Virus record (IMG/VR): IMGVR_UViG_2585427787_000008
Length of the DNA: 19,832 nucleotides
From: a virus
Taxonomy: Duplodnaviria > Heunggongvirae > Uroviricota > Caudoviricetes
Direction: 5' to 3' (one strand)
Of the stretch, positions 9,978 through 18,553 are shown one piece after another (within the stretch, counting starts at the first letter, position 1; each line of letters begins with the position of its first letter). Below the pieces are notes generated by a model, which did not search any database, was not told the origin of the DNA, and was given only the letters and a program-made list of their open reading frames with translations. The position numbers and the translations under genes are program-made.

Positions 9978-11021
9978 GTGAAAGCCGTAATTACTCCCTT
10001 TGTACAGAAAGAGCTTGGCCTCGCCACGTTCAAAGTGGATCAGGAGGTCAGAAAGCTGGTGGAGGCTGGCCGTAAATTTATTATGGAGCCGGTGCCGCGT
10101 GAGTTAATCGAGCACATGGAAGACGGCCTCGTTGTTACCGAGCAAACCATGGCAACAAATGAGGCGTTGCAGCCGTTTTTTAACAGCGATGAACTGTTTC
10201 GCCGTATTGGTGGAATTGACGCGCTGGTGGCGTGGTTGCGTAGGAAAGAGGGTCAATGCCAGGCCGCAGATCGTAGTTGGTGTGACAACCATATTGTCCA
10301 CGCTGAACGAGACAATAGCGCGGTGTTGTTGTGCTGGCATCACGATAACCATTACCGGATGCGTGGTTTTAATGAGCTGAAAGAAACGCTGCACAATAAT
10401 CGCGTTAACTGGATACTGGATGTCGCCCGTCAGGAAATGGGCCTTTCAAATAGCCATGATTTAAGTATTCAGGAGCTGTGCTGGTGGGCTTTCATGCGCA
10501 ACATGATGCACCTGATGCCGGAAGAAGTCTGCCGCATATCAATAAATAAGATGAAGGCTACTCCGCAGGATAGCGGACCTCTGAAAGAGGCGGATATTCG
10601 CCCGTATGACGATCGCGCTACAGCATATGTTCAGATGATGGAAGAACGCGCCGCGCCGATGCGTGCAAAAGTATGCCCTGTGGATGTTGACTCCGACCCA
10701 GGTATGGCGCATTTCAAGATACCAAAACTTCAATCGCTAAAATTGCCCGAGTACATGGACTTTGTGGCTTCCCGTCCATGCTGTGGCTGTGGAGCTGCGG
10801 GAGCTGGCGCTCACATTACGCCTTATATCGTTCGTCATAGTCGATTATGCGCGCATGACATTTATGCTATTCCTCTGTGCCAGTCATGCCAGCGTGATAT
10901 TGAGCGTGACCGCGATAATTGGGAGAAGACGCACGGTAGGCTGGCGATGCATCAACGATTGTTCTTTGATTACGCGCTTGGAGTCGGCGCTATCACAAGT
11001 CATTCGTCGAGTGTTAGATAA
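9978..11021 (+). CDS. pdcB: PdcB-like protein (347 aa), Cys/His-rich, function unknown
   Basis: GTG start with AAAGGTG SD-like motif; long ORF in the P1 position of pdcB. Contains C/H clusters (CWHHDNHY; CCGCG...H...CAH...CQSCQ). Confidence 0.7.
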   Translation: MKAVITPFVQKELGLATFKVDQEVRKLVEAGRKFIMEPVPRELIEHMEDGLVVTEQTMATNEALQPFFNSDELFRRIGGIDALVAWLRRKEGQCQAADRSWCDNHIVHAERDNSAVLLCWHHDNHYRMRGFNELKETLHNNRVNWILDVARQEMGLSNSHDLSIQELCWWAFMRNMMHLMPEEVCRISINKMKATPQDSGPLKEADIRPYDDRATAYVQMMEERAAPMRAKVCPVDVDSDPGMAHFKIPKLQSLKLPEYMDFVASRPCCGCGAAGAGAHITPYIVRHSRLCAHDIYAIPLCQSCQRDIERDRDNWEKTHGRLAMHQRLFFDYALGVGAITSHSSSVR

Positions 11022-11022
11022 A

Positions 11023-11039
11023 ATTGCTCTAATGTATTG
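11023..11039 (+). promoter_or_regulatory. C1 operator-like site ATTGCTCTAATGTATTG (14/17) upstream of lpa
   Basis: Consensus match directly after the pdcB stop and about 70 bp upstream of lpa; consistent with C1 control of the late activator gene. Confidence 0.6.
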
Positions 11040-11109
11040 CTATTTCTTTAATCGAGGGTATTATATTCGACGTTGATTAGTTGACATGGGCTAATCAGTA
11101 GGTGACAGG

Positions 11110-11562
11110 ATGTTACTTAACTGGCAGGGACGCCACTTCATGGAAATAAATCACTCACGAATAACATCGTACGAGATTGCGGATTACATGATCCGCACTA
11201 AATCTCTTCTATCAGCGAAAGAACTCGCAGCAATTCTTGAAAAGGAATACCCGCATCTGGATGTCGATAAGCGCGATGTTTATCTGCGCTTAAAGGCTAT
11301 CGCTGTGTCTAAGTATTCGTCTGTTTTGATTGATGACAGTACACGCCCACGTAGATTTCAGATCCACTCTCTGAATCCTGAATTCTTTCGCCGTAGCCGC
11401 GCTCCGCGCCGGTTTGATGAAAAACTCCAGAACGAACTCTATATGACGCAGGACGAAAAGGAACGCCGGGAGCACCAGCCTTGGGTAATGGCGCGTCAAC
11501 TTTTCAATAGGGTGGCCCGTCAGCACCGTCATTACGGTAATGCCACATCCGCACGTATCTGA
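11110..11562 (+). CDS. lpa: Late promoter activator Lpa (gene 10)-like, 150 aa
   Basis: Position between pdcB and pacA with an upstream C1 operator, as in P1; identity is assigned by synteny and size. Confidence 0.7.
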   Translation: MLLNWQGRHFMEINHSRITSYEIADYMIRTKSLLSAKELAAILEKEYPHLDVDKRDVYLRLKAIAVSKYSSVLIDDSTRPRRFQIHSLNPEFFRRSRAPRRFDEKLQNELYMTQDEKERREHQPWVMARQLFNRVARQHRHYGNATSARI

Positions 11563-11647
11563 TTGATTGCTTGCCCGTTCCGGGCCTTTTGACATGTGAC
11601 TTTCGTTACCCTCGCGTCAAAAAGAGTTTTTACGAAAGGAAGCATAA

Positions 11648-12841
11648 GTGACCTGGGACGATCACAAGAAGAATTTTGCTCGCCTGGCGCGAGATGGTGG
11701 TTACACCATCGCACAGTATGCCGCCGAGTTTAATCTTAACCCTAATACCGCACGTCGTTATCTCCGTGCCTTCAAAGAAGACACCAGGACTGCGGACAGC
11801 CGCAAGCCAAATAAGCCAGTCAGGAAGCCACTAAAAAGCATGATCATTGATCACTCTAATGATCAACATGCAGGTGATCATATTGCGGCTGAAATAGCGG
11901 AAAAACAGAGAGTTAATGCCGTTATCAGTGCCGCAGTCGAGAATGCGAAGCGCCAAAATAAGCGCATAAATGATCGTTCAGATGATCATGACGTGATCAC
12001 CCGCGCCCACCGGACCTTACGTGATCGCCTGGAACGCGACACCCTGGATGATGATGGTGAACGCTTTGAATTCGAAGCTGGCGATTACCTGATAGATAAC
12101 GTTGAAGCGCGGAAGGCCGCGCGCGCTATGTTGCGTCGGTCCGGGGCCGATGTTCTGGAAACCACTCTTCTTGAAAAGTCTCTTTCTCATCTCCTTATGC
12201 TGGAGAACGCCAGGGATACGTGTATTCGCCTGGTGCAGGAAATGCGCGATCAGCAAAAAGACGATGATGAAGGTACTCCGCCTGAATACCGTATCGCGAG
12301 CATGCTAAACAGCTGTTCCGCGCAGATAAGCAGCCTGATCAACACCATTTACAGCATCCGGAATAACTATCGAAAAGAAAGCCGGGAGGCGGAAAAGCAC
12401 GCTTTGTCTATGGGGCAAGCTGGCATTGTTAAGCTGGCATACGAACGAAAGCGTGAAAATAACTGGTCAGTGCTGGAAGCAGCTGAATTCATCGAGGCGC
12501 ATGGCGGGAAAGTGCCGCCCCTGATGCTGGAGCAAATCAAAGCCGATCTGCGTGCTCCTAAGACCAATACCGATGATGAGGAAAGGCAAACAGCCGTCGG
12601 TGGCCCTTCTCTTGAAGATCTGGACAAAGTTGCGCGAGAACGGGCCGCCAACCGCCGCGCCGATGCCGCATTGTGGATTGAGCAGCGTAGGGAAGAAATC
12701 GCCGATATCGTTGATACAGGCGGTTATGGAGATGTTGATACTGAAGGTGTATCAAACGACCCATGGCTGGAACAAGACCTGGACGAAGACGAGGAGGAAG
12801 ACGAAGAAGTTACCCGCAAGCTATACGGGGATGATGATTAA
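11648..12841 (+). CDS. pacA: Pacase (terminase) subunit PacA, 397 aa
   Basis: GTG start with AAGGA SD; 397 aa as in P1 PacA; contains the pac site internally; acidic C-terminal tail; stop overlaps the pacB ATG. Confidence 0.9.
   Translation: MTWDDHKKNFARLARDGGYTIAQYAAEFNLNPNTARRYLRAFKEDTRTADSRKPNKPVRKPLKSMIIDHSNDQHAGDHIAAEIAEKQRVNAVISAAVENAKRQNKRINDRSDDHDVITRAHRTLRDRLERDTLDDDGERFEFEAGDYLIDNVEARKAARAMLRRSGADVLETTLLEKSLSHLLMLENARDTCIRLVQEMRDQQKDDDEGTPPEYRIASMLNSCSAQISSLINTIYSIRNNYRKESREAEKHALSMGQAGIVKLAYERKRENNWSVLEAAEFIEAHGGKVPPLMLEQIKADLRAPKTNTDDEERQTAVGGPSLEDLDKVARERAANRRADAALWIEQRREEIADIVDTGGYGDVDTEGVSNDPWLEQDLDEDEEEDEEVTRKLYGDDD
11841..11999 (+). other. P1 pac packaging site: seven hexamers TGATC(A/G) in a 4 + 3 arrangement, each carrying a Dam GATC
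   Basis: Hexamers at 11841, 11848, 11860, 11875 and at 11971, 11984, 11994, separated by about 90 bp, inside pacA. This matches the known pac architecture. Confidence 0.8.
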
Positions 12842-14325
12842 TGGCCAGAAGTTGCGTAACGGATCCACGTTGGCGCGAGCTGGTGGCGCTATATCGTTAT
12901 GACTGGATTGCGGCCGCTGATGTTTTGTTCGGCAAAACACCTACCTGGCAGCAGGATCTGATTATTGAGTCTGTGCAGGAACAGGGTAGCAAGACATCTG
13001 TTTCGTCTGGTCACGGTACCGGAAAATCAGACATGACTTCTATCATGATCATGTTGTTCATAATCATGTATCCCGGTGCCCGCGCCATTATCGTTGCGAA
13101 CAAAATTCAGCAGGTAATGACCGGTATTTTCAAGTACATCAAGATAAACTGGGCTACTGCCACCAGCCGTTTTCCATGGCTTGCTGATTATTTTGTTCTG
13201 ACAGAAACCGCTTTCTATGAGGTTACTGGTAAAGGTGTATGGACTGTAGTGCCGAAGGGCTTTCGTCTGGGAAGTGAAGAAGCTCTCGCCGGTGAACACG
13301 CAGATCATCTTCTGTATATTATCGATGAAGCCTCCGGTGTCAGTGATAGAGCTTTCGGTATCATCACCGGTGCTCTTACCGGACAGGATAACCGCATCTT
13401 ATTACTGTCACAGCCTACACGCCCAAGCGGCTATTTCTACGATACTCACCATAAACTGGCCAAGCGTCCTGGTAACCCTGATGGCGTTTATACGGCGATC
13501 ACGCTTAACAGTGAGGAATCACCGCTGGTAACGCCAGCATTTATCAAAATGAAGCTGGCGGAGTACGGCGGGCGCGATAACCCTATGTACATGATTAAGG
13601 TACGCGGCCTATTCCCTAAATCACAGGATGGCTTCCTTCTTGGACGTGATGAGGTTGAACGTGCAACGCGGCGGAAAGTCAAGATTGCCAAAGGATGGGG
13701 CTGGCTTGCATGTGTAGACGTTGCTGGTGGTACGGGAAGGGATAAGTCCGTTATCAATATCATGATGGTGTCCGGCCAGCGAAACAAACGCCGTGTAATC
13801 AACTATCGAATGCTGGAATACACAGACGTTACAGAAACGCAGCTTGCCGCCAAAATTTTCGCAGAATGTAATCCTGAGCGATTCCCAAATATCACCATAG
13901 CGATAGACGGCGATGGCCTGGGTAAAGCAACAGCGGATCTGATGTACGAGTATTATGGTATTACCGTACAGCGTATACGCTGGGGTAAAAAGATGCATAG
14001 CCGTGAGGATAAGAGCCTGTACTTTGATAAACGTGCTTATGCCAACGTTCAAGCCGCAGAGGCCGTAAAATCTGGTCGTATGAGACTGGATAAGGGTAAT
14101 GAAACTATTGAGGAAGCGTCGAAAATCCCTGTAGGGATTAACTCCGCAGGTCAATGGAAGGTGATGAGTAAGGAGGATATGAAGAAAAAACTCAACCTGC
14201 ACTCACCAGACCATTGGGATACATATTGTTTCGCTATGCTGGCGGATTATGTTCCCCAGGATGAAGTGCTTAGCGTCGAAGACGAAGCGCAGGTTGATGA
14301 AGCTCTGGCATGGCTTAATGAATAA
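12841..14325 (+). CDS. pacB: Pacase (terminase) large subunit PacB, 494 aa
   Basis: ATG overlapping the pacA stop; 494 aa as in P1 PacB; follows pacA. Confidence 0.9.
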   Translation: MARSCVTDPRWRELVALYRYDWIAAADVLFGKTPTWQQDLIIESVQEQGSKTSVSSGHGTGKSDMTSIMIMLFIIMYPGARAIIVANKIQQVMTGIFKYIKINWATATSRFPWLADYFVLTETAFYEVTGKGVWTVVPKGFRLGSEEALAGEHADHLLYIIDEASGVSDRAFGIITGALTGQDNRILLLSQPTRPSGYFYDTHHKLAKRPGNPDGVYTAITLNSEESPLVTPAFIKMKLAEYGGRDNPMYMIKVRGLFPKSQDGFLLGRDEVERATRRKVKIAKGWGWLACVDVAGGTGRDKSVINIMMVSGQRNKRRVINYRMLEYTDVTETQLAAKIFAECNPERFPNITIAIDGDGLGKATADLMYEYYGITVQRIRWGKKMHSREDKSLYFDKRAYANVQAAEAVKSGRMRLDKGNETIEEASKIPVGINSAGQWKVMSKEDMKKKLNLHSPDHWDTYCFAMLADYVPQDEVLSVEDEAQVDEALAWLNE

Positions 14326-14349
14326 CTCATTGACCATGCCGGATAGAAA

Positions 14350-15201
14350 CTATTGCGCGCTTTCGGGGTTGTCGTTTACTGGCTGCCCCTTCTTAGTTTT
14401 ACGGCTGCGCGTAACTGATGCGGCTGATTTGACCTTTTTCTCTTCGCGAGTGATGGCAATTTGTTTTTTTACATTTTCAATATCTGCCAGGCGATATATT
14501 TTTGCCTGCGGCCAGCGGTCGCAGATGATCGGTTCTATAGAGTCATAAAGGCTAAATTTTGCTTTCTCGAATTCACCGTTGATGATGATTCCATCACGGA
14601 GAGTTTCATCGCAGATAAACACACCACACAGCGGCACATGGTAACTAACTGATTTACCATCATTGTAGTTAGGGCTACTGGAAATGTAATGGACGCGCAA
14701 CATTGTTTCGCTAAAGCCGTGTACACGCATACGGAATTTTTCATCCTCCGGGTACTGCTTCATTAGCTCTTTTGTTGCTTCCAGGTTCTCTATGTATTTC
14801 GCACTGTGCTCATTGATCCCCGCGCTTTTCTGGATGCGAATGTCCTTATCAATCAGATGAATAATGCGGCCAGCGGTCATGTTGACGCTGTTCACAGCCT
14901 CTGTCTGATAAGTTGTAACCTTACGCACACCGCGAAGGATGTTAGGCACTGGATATAAAATAGTCTTTGGGATATTGAGGTCTGGGTACTGTTCCAGTTC
15001 CCGCGCCATTAAAGTCCATTTATCAATTTCAGCCTGAATGCTGTCAGTTTCTTTGAACGGTAGAACGACAACCGGGCGTACAGGACGACCGTCGCTGGCT
15101 GTATCAACGTGTTGGGCGCGTGCAACAGCTTTTTTTAGAAAGAGATCCCTGAAGCTGACGAACTCCTGGTACAGTTGTTCGCCGTAGACATAATTTATCA
15201 T
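14350..15201 (-). CDS. c1: C1 repressor of lysogeny, 283 aa
   Basis: Protein MINYVYGEQLYQEFVSFRDLFLKK..., 283 aa, matches P1 C1 as recalled; strong SD (GGAGGAGG) upstream on the minus strand; convergent with pacB. Confidence 0.9.
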   Translation of the reverse strand: MINYVYGEQLYQEFVSFRDLFLKKAVARAQHVDTASDGRPVRPVVVLPFKETDSIQAEIDKWTLMARELEQYPDLNIPKTILYPVPNILRGVRKVTTYQTEAVNSVNMTAGRIIHLIDKDIRIQKSAGINEHSAKYIENLEATKELMKQYPEDEKFRMRVHGFSETMLRVHYISSSPNYNDGKSVSYHVPLCGVFICDETLRDGIIINGEFEKAKFSLYDSIEPIICDRWPQAKIYRLADIENVKKQIAITREEKKVKSAASVTRSRKTKKGQPVNDNPESAQ

Positions 15202-15295
15202 TGATCCTCCTCCAGAATTGACATGGTCAATAACGCCCGGCTGAGAAAACCGGTCATTACTGACCTATATTATAGAGGGATCAAACAAAAATAAT

Positions 15296-15312
15296 AGATT
15301 TATTAGTGCATT
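15296..15312 (-). promoter_or_regulatory. Weaker C1 operator-like site (AATGCACTAATAAATCT, 14/17) between coi and c1
   Basis: Minus-strand match carrying the CTAATAAAT core; it overlaps the coi stop. Confidence 0.35.
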
Positions 15313-15521
15313 TATTGTGAGTCTAACTGGTTAGTTGCCATGAGATATTCGATTGTGTCAGTGAGGTCATCCAGGTCGTCTTGGGTGATGCGGTACTCCT
15401 GATTGGATATCTTTGAGTAGTGTTCAGCAATGGCGCGGGCAGCGTCGGTTTCGGCAGGGTCTACAGATAAAGCGTTAGAGCAATGTCTAACGTCGTCGAT
15501 GGTTGGTTGAATGAAAGCCAT
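15312..15521 (-). CDS. coi: Coi (C1 inactivator), 69 aa
   Basis: 69-aa acidic protein immediately upstream of c1 on the same strand, GAGG SD with 7-nt spacer; position and size as for P1 coi. Confidence 0.8.
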   Translation of the reverse strand: MAFIQPTIDDVRHCSNALSVDPAETDAARAIAEHYSKISNQEYRITQDDLDDLTDTIEYLMATNQLDSQ

Positions 15522-15759
15522 AATTATGCCTCACTGTATTGACAACACAGAGCCTGAAGCTCTGACCTACTGTTTCACCCATGATCCATGCTGGGGTAAT
15601 CTAACAACATTGCGCTGTGTGTAAGATGAGCAATGCATAGCTGTAATGCCGTTGTATAAGGTTTCCCTGTTTGCTCATTTCCTTCTGAGCCGCTCTACAA
15701 CGCTGAAGACACATTAAATAGTGAATCCAAAGTCGTATTACGTAACGTCGGCAAAACTA

Positions 15760-15776
15760 TAATTTATTAGAGCAAT
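15760..15776 (-). promoter_or_regulatory. C1 operator (ATTGCTCTAATAAATTA, 16/17) upstream of coi-c1
   Basis: Near-perfect consensus on the minus strand in the region upstream of coi. Confidence 0.7.
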
Positions 15777-15842
15777 TGTCAAACAACTATGAAAAACAAT
15801 CCAGTTTTTAGCTGGTGGAGTGGGATTTTTCTCTCAAAATTT

Positions 15843-15859
15843 ATTGCTCTAATAATTCT
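15843..15859 (+). promoter_or_regulatory. C1 operator-like site ATTGCTCTAATAATTCT (15/17)
   Basis: Consensus match in inverted orientation relative to the site at 15760..15776, 66 bp away. Confidence 0.65.
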
Positions 15860-15902
15860 TGATTTTTGTGCGCAGCTGGACGTAAACTCCTCTTCGGACC
15901 TA

Positions 15903-15936
15903 ATAACTTCGTATAGCATACATTATACGAAGTTAT
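15903..15936. other. loxP recombination site (ATAACTTCGTATA-GCATACAT-TATACGAAGTTAT)
   Basis: Exact 34-bp loxP: two 13-bp inverted arms around the 8-bp asymmetric spacer, about 410 bp upstream of cre. Confidence 0.97.
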
Positions 15937-16117
15937 CTTAAGGGTTATTGAACATGATCAATTTACCTGTAAATCCATACAGTTCAATACCTTATCAGGT
16001 CAAATAGTGATCATTTGATCAAGGTTGCGCTACGTAAAATCTGCGAAATGTTGGCAGTGTTAGTGCTCCAGATTTCGCGTAGCGCACTTAGCACCACCAA
16101 TCAATCAGAGGTGAAAA

Positions 16118-16339
16118 ATGGGATATTCAGCTGCTAAAGTGTCCACTCATATTGAGCTTGAGAAAAACCGTGGTTACTGGCGGGCAAAAGGGTTTGATTG
16201 TGATAGTTGTCAACTGTCATTATCGCGCGGTGAAGAGAAAATAGAACGCACGCGCGGTCGCTGGCGTTTCTATGACGAGAACCATAAACAGGTAAAGGCA
16301 GAGCCGATCCTGTACACTTTACTTAAAACCATTATCTGA
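16118..16339 (+). CDS. Hypothetical 73-aa protein between loxP and cre
   Basis: ATG with AGAGGTG SD; ends 8 bp before the cre ATG (possible coupling); protein-like composition. Not recalled as a named P1 gene. Confidence 0.4.
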   Translation: MGYSAAKVSTHIELEKNRGYWRAKGFDCDSCQLSLSRGEEKIERTRGRWRFYDENHKQVKAEPILYTLLKTII

Positions 16340-16346
16340 GTGTTAA

Positions 16347-17378
16347 ATGTCCAATTTACTGACCGTACACCAAAATTTGCCTGCATTACCGGTCGATGCA
16401 ACGAGTGATGAGGTTCGCAAGAACCTGATGGACATGTTCAGGGATCGCCAGGCGTTTTCTGAGCATACCTGGAAAATGCTTCTGTCCGTTTGCCGGTCGT
16501 GGGCGGCATGGTGCAAGTTGAATAACCGGAAATGGTTTCCCGCAGAACCTGAAGATGTTCGCGATTATCTTCTATATCTTCAGGCGCGCGGTCTGGCAGT
16601 AAAAACTATCCAGCAACATTTGGGCCAGCTAAACATGCTTCATCGTCGGTCCGGGCTGCCACGACCAAGTGACAGCAACGCTGTTTCACTGGTCATGCGG
16701 CGGATCCGAAAAGAAAACGTTGATGCCGGTGAACGTGCAAAACAGGCACTAGCGTTCGAACGCACTGATTTCGACCAGGTTCGTTCACTCATGGAAAATA
16801 GCGATCGCTGCCAGGATATACGTAATCTGGCATTTCTGGGGATTGCTTATAACACCCTGTTACGTATAGCCGAAATTGCCAGGATCAGGGTTAAAGATAT
16901 CTCACGTACTGACGGTGGGAGAATGTTAATCCATATTGGCAGAACGAAAACGCTGGTTAGCACCGCAGGTGTAGAGAAGGCACTTAGCCTGGGGGTAACT
17001 AAACTGGTCGAGCGATGGATTTCTGTCTCTGGTGTGGCTGATGATCCGAATAACTACTTGTTTTGCCGGGTCAGAAAAAATGGTGTTGCCTCGCCATCAT
17101 CCACCAGCCAGCTATCAACTCGCGCCCTGGAAGGGATTTTTGAAGCAACTCACCGATTGATTTACGGGGCTAAGGATGACTCTGGTCAGAGGTACCTGGC
17201 CTGGTCTGGACACAGTGCCCGTGTCGGAGCCGCGCGAGATATGGCCCGCGCCGGAGTTTCAATACCGGAGATCATGCAAGCTGGTGGCTGGACCAACGTA
17301 AATATTGTCATGAACTATATCCGTAATCTGGATAGTGAAACGGGGGCAATGGTGCGCCTGCTGGAAGATGGTGATTAG
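16347..17378 (+). CDS. cre: Cre site-specific tyrosine recombinase, 343 aa
   Basis: Protein MSNLLTVHQNLPALPVDATSDEVRKNLMDMFRDRQAFSEHTWKMLLSVCRSWAAWCKLNNRKWFPAEPEDVRDYLLYLQARGLAVKTIQQHLGQLNMLHRRSGLPRPSDSNAVSLVMRRIRKENVDAGERAKQALAFERTDFDQVRSLMENSDRCQDIRNLAFLGIAYNTLLRIAEIARIRVKDISRTDGGRMLIHIGRTKTLVSTAGVEKALSLGVTKLVERWISVSGVADDPNNYLFCRVRKNGVASPSSTSQLSTRALEGIFEATHRLIYGAKDDSGQRYLAWSGHSARVGAARDMARAGVSIPEIMQAGGWTNVNIVMNYIRNLDSETGAMVRLLEDGD is recognisably Cre (near-identical to the sequence recalled), with loxP upstream. Confidence 0.97.
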   Translation: MSNLLTVHQNLPALPVDATSDEVRKNLMDMFRDRQAFSEHTWKMLLSVCRSWAAWCKLNNRKWFPAEPEDVRDYLLYLQARGLAVKTIQQHLGQLNMLHRRSGLPRPSDSNAVSLVMRRIRKENVDAGERAKQALAFERTDFDQVRSLMENSDRCQDIRNLAFLGIAYNTLLRIAEIARIRVKDISRTDGGRMLIHIGRTKTLVSTAGVEKALSLGVTKLVERWISVSGVADDPNNYLFCRVRKNGVASPSSTSQLSTRALEGIFEATHRLIYGAKDDSGQRYLAWSGHSARVGAARDMARAGVSIPEIMQAGGWTNVNIVMNYIRNLDSETGAMVRLLEDGD

Positions 17379-17395
17379 CCGTCAACGCATAATAA

Positions 17396-17412
17396 ATTGC
17401 TCTAATTATTTG
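17396..17412 (+). promoter_or_regulatory. C1 operator-like site ATTGCTCTAATTATTTG (14/17)
   Basis: Consensus match 18 bp after the cre stop and 17 bp before the next ORF. Confidence 0.6.
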
Positions 17413-17428
17413 ATATTTATGGTGGCAT

Positions 17429-17740
17429 ATGAGAAAGGATTTCAACATCGACGGAAAATATGTAGTGCTGTCTGTAAGCACTAATATTCAGTCGCCAGCC
17501 GTCATTGTCACTGTAAAGCTGAGCGATAGAATGCCTGATATTGACTCAATATCCGTTGCGTTTCCTGTCAAAAGTATGCGTAGTGCTGAACATTTCGTAA
17601 TGAATGCCACCGAGGAAGAAGCACGGCGCGGTCTTGGTAAAGTGATGTCTGAGTTTGTCGAATTTCTGGGGCTCGTTAACAAAGCCCTCACAATCAGTTC
17701 AGCAAGGTCCAAAGCGTTAACAGCTTCCATGATGAAATAA
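17429..17740 (+). CDS. Hypothetical 103-aa protein downstream of cre (possibly the P1 cra homolog)
   Basis: ATG with GGTGG 4 nt upstream; protein-like composition. Preferred over the overlapping minus-strand ORF 17488..17799, which needs a TTG start and is low-complexity. Identity by position only. Confidence 0.5.
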   Translation: MRKDFNIDGKYVVLSVSTNIQSPAVIVTVKLSDRMPDIDSISVAFPVKSMRSAEHFVMNATEEEARRGLGKVMSEFVEFLGLVNKALTISSARSKALTASMMK

Positions 17741-17766
17741 AAAAAAGCCTGGCAAGGAGCCAGGCT
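17741..17766 (-). terminator. Intrinsic terminator oriented for minus-strand transcripts (stem GCCTGGC / GCCAGGC, loop AAGGA, then U7 in minus sense)
   Basis: Plus strand reads A7 (17741..17747) then a GC-rich hairpin (17748..17766); on the minus strand this is hairpin plus UUUUUUU. No U-tract follows in plus sense. Confidence 0.5.
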
Positions 17767-17872
17767 GCACAAAAGAGCGGGTTTGTATTCCGCATCCAAT
17801 CAATCAAGAAGGAGTATAGCACACAGGTACTGAAGTGAAAAAATGTGATTCGCGATAAACAAAATATCTACC

Positions 17873-17896
17873 ATTGCTCTAATTGATTGCTATAAT
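17873..17896 (+). promoter_or_regulatory. C1 operator-like site ATTGCTCTAATTGATTG (17873..17889, 14/17) overlapping an extended -10 element TGCTATAAT (17888..17896); candidate C1-repressed ref promoter
   Basis: Consensus match plus a TGnTATAAT element; a second degenerate operator-like copy overlaps at 17885..17901. Confidence 0.6.
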
Positions 17897-17954
17897 TGAG
17901 CCGCAGTTTTTGTCAACTACGAAGACGTGCCATTACTTAACTCCTTGACATCAT

Positions 17955-17981
17955 AGGCGGCCATTAGGCCGCCTTTTTTTT
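17955..17981 (+). terminator. Intrinsic terminator (stem GGCGGCC / GGCCGCC, loop ATTA, then T8) ending 6 nt before the ref start codon
   Basis: Perfect GC-rich hairpin followed by TTTTTTTT at 17974..17981. Confidence 0.7.
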
Positions 17982-17987
17982 GACCAT

Positions 17988-18548
17988 ATGAAAACAATCG
18001 AACAAAAAATTGAACAGTGCCGCAAGTGGCAGAAGGCAGCCAGAGAACGAGCGATCGCTCGGCAACGGGAGAAGTTGGCTGATCCGGTCTGGCGAGAATC
18101 TCAATATCAGAAAATGCGAGATACTATCGACCGCCGTATCGCTAAACAGAAAGAGCGCCCACCAGCCAGCAAAACGCGGAAAAGCGCTGTAAAAATAAAA
18201 TCTCGTGGCTTGAAGGGGAGAACACCAACGGCGGAGGAACGGCGCATCGCCAATGCTCTTGGCGCTCTCCCCTGCATTGCCTGCTATATGCATGGAGTAA
18301 TATCTAATGAGGTGTCTCTGCACCATATCGCTGGTCGTACCGCGCCGGGTTGTCATAAAAAGCAATTGCCACTTTGTAGATGGCACCACCAGCATGCAGC
18401 ACCGGCTGAAGTAAGAGCAAAATACCCCTGGCTGGTCCCTGTTCATGCCGATGGTGTGGTTGGAGGCAAGAAAGAATTCACCCTGCTGAACAAGTCAGAG
18501 ATGGAGTTACTGGCTGACGCCTATGAGATGGCAAACATCATGCACTAA
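17988..18548 (+). CDS. ref: Ref (recombination enhancement function; HNH-type endonuclease), 186 aa
   Basis: 186 aa with a basic N-terminal region and a C-terminal Cys/His HNH-like core (CIACYMHG...HH...CRWHH); position after cre as in P1; upstream C1 operators. Confidence 0.85.
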   Translation: MKTIEQKIEQCRKWQKAARERAIARQREKLADPVWRESQYQKMRDTIDRRIAKQKERPPASKTRKSAVKIKSRGLKGRTPTAEERRIANALGALPCIACYMHGVISNEVSLHHIAGRTAPGCHKKQLPLCRWHHQHAAPAEVRAKYPWLVPVHADGVVGGKKEFTLLNKSEMELLADAYEMANIMH

Positions 18549-18553
18549 TAAAT
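18537..18553 (+). promoter_or_regulatory. Weak C1 operator-like site (CATGCACTAATAAATAT, 13/17) overlapping the ref stop codon
   Basis: Shares the TGCACTAATAAAT core with the site at 15296..15312; upstream of the next ORF. Tentative. Confidence 0.3.

Noticed and set aside
10762-11076. 104-aa plus-strand ORF overlapping the 3' end of pdcB in another frame.
   Set aside because: Overlaps pdcB and runs across the C1 operator and lpa promoter region; no SD; likely spurious.
13027-14202. Minus-strand ORFs 13027..13308, 13488..13802, 13621..14202 and plus-strand ORF 13274..13531 inside pacB.
   Set aside because: They overlap the 494-aa pacB frame, which is translationally coupled to pacA; compositions are low-complexity.
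15789-15941. 50-codon plus-strand ORF running through the operator and loxP.
   Set aside because: No SD, and it traverses two regulatory sites; probably a chance frame, though tiny immunity-region ORFs (imc-type, below the ORF-track cutoff) may exist on the minus strand here and were not resolved.
17488-17799. Minus-strand 103-aa ORF as the real gene downstream of cre.
   Set aside because: Requires a TTG start with no SD, is S/T/L/A/R-rich and low-complexity, and would run through the minus-oriented terminator; the plus-strand ORF 17429..17740 has better start signals. Not fully excluded.
17911-17946. Minus-strand ATG with a good AAGGAG SD in the ref leader.
   Set aside because: It encodes only 6 codons (MARLRS*) before a stop, too short to call a gene; it may be a fortuitous SD-like sequence.
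17964-18446. Minus-strand 160-aa ORF overlapping ref.
   Set aside because: Lies entirely antisense within ref, which has HNH-like Cys/His motifs and operator/promoter context in the plus frame.
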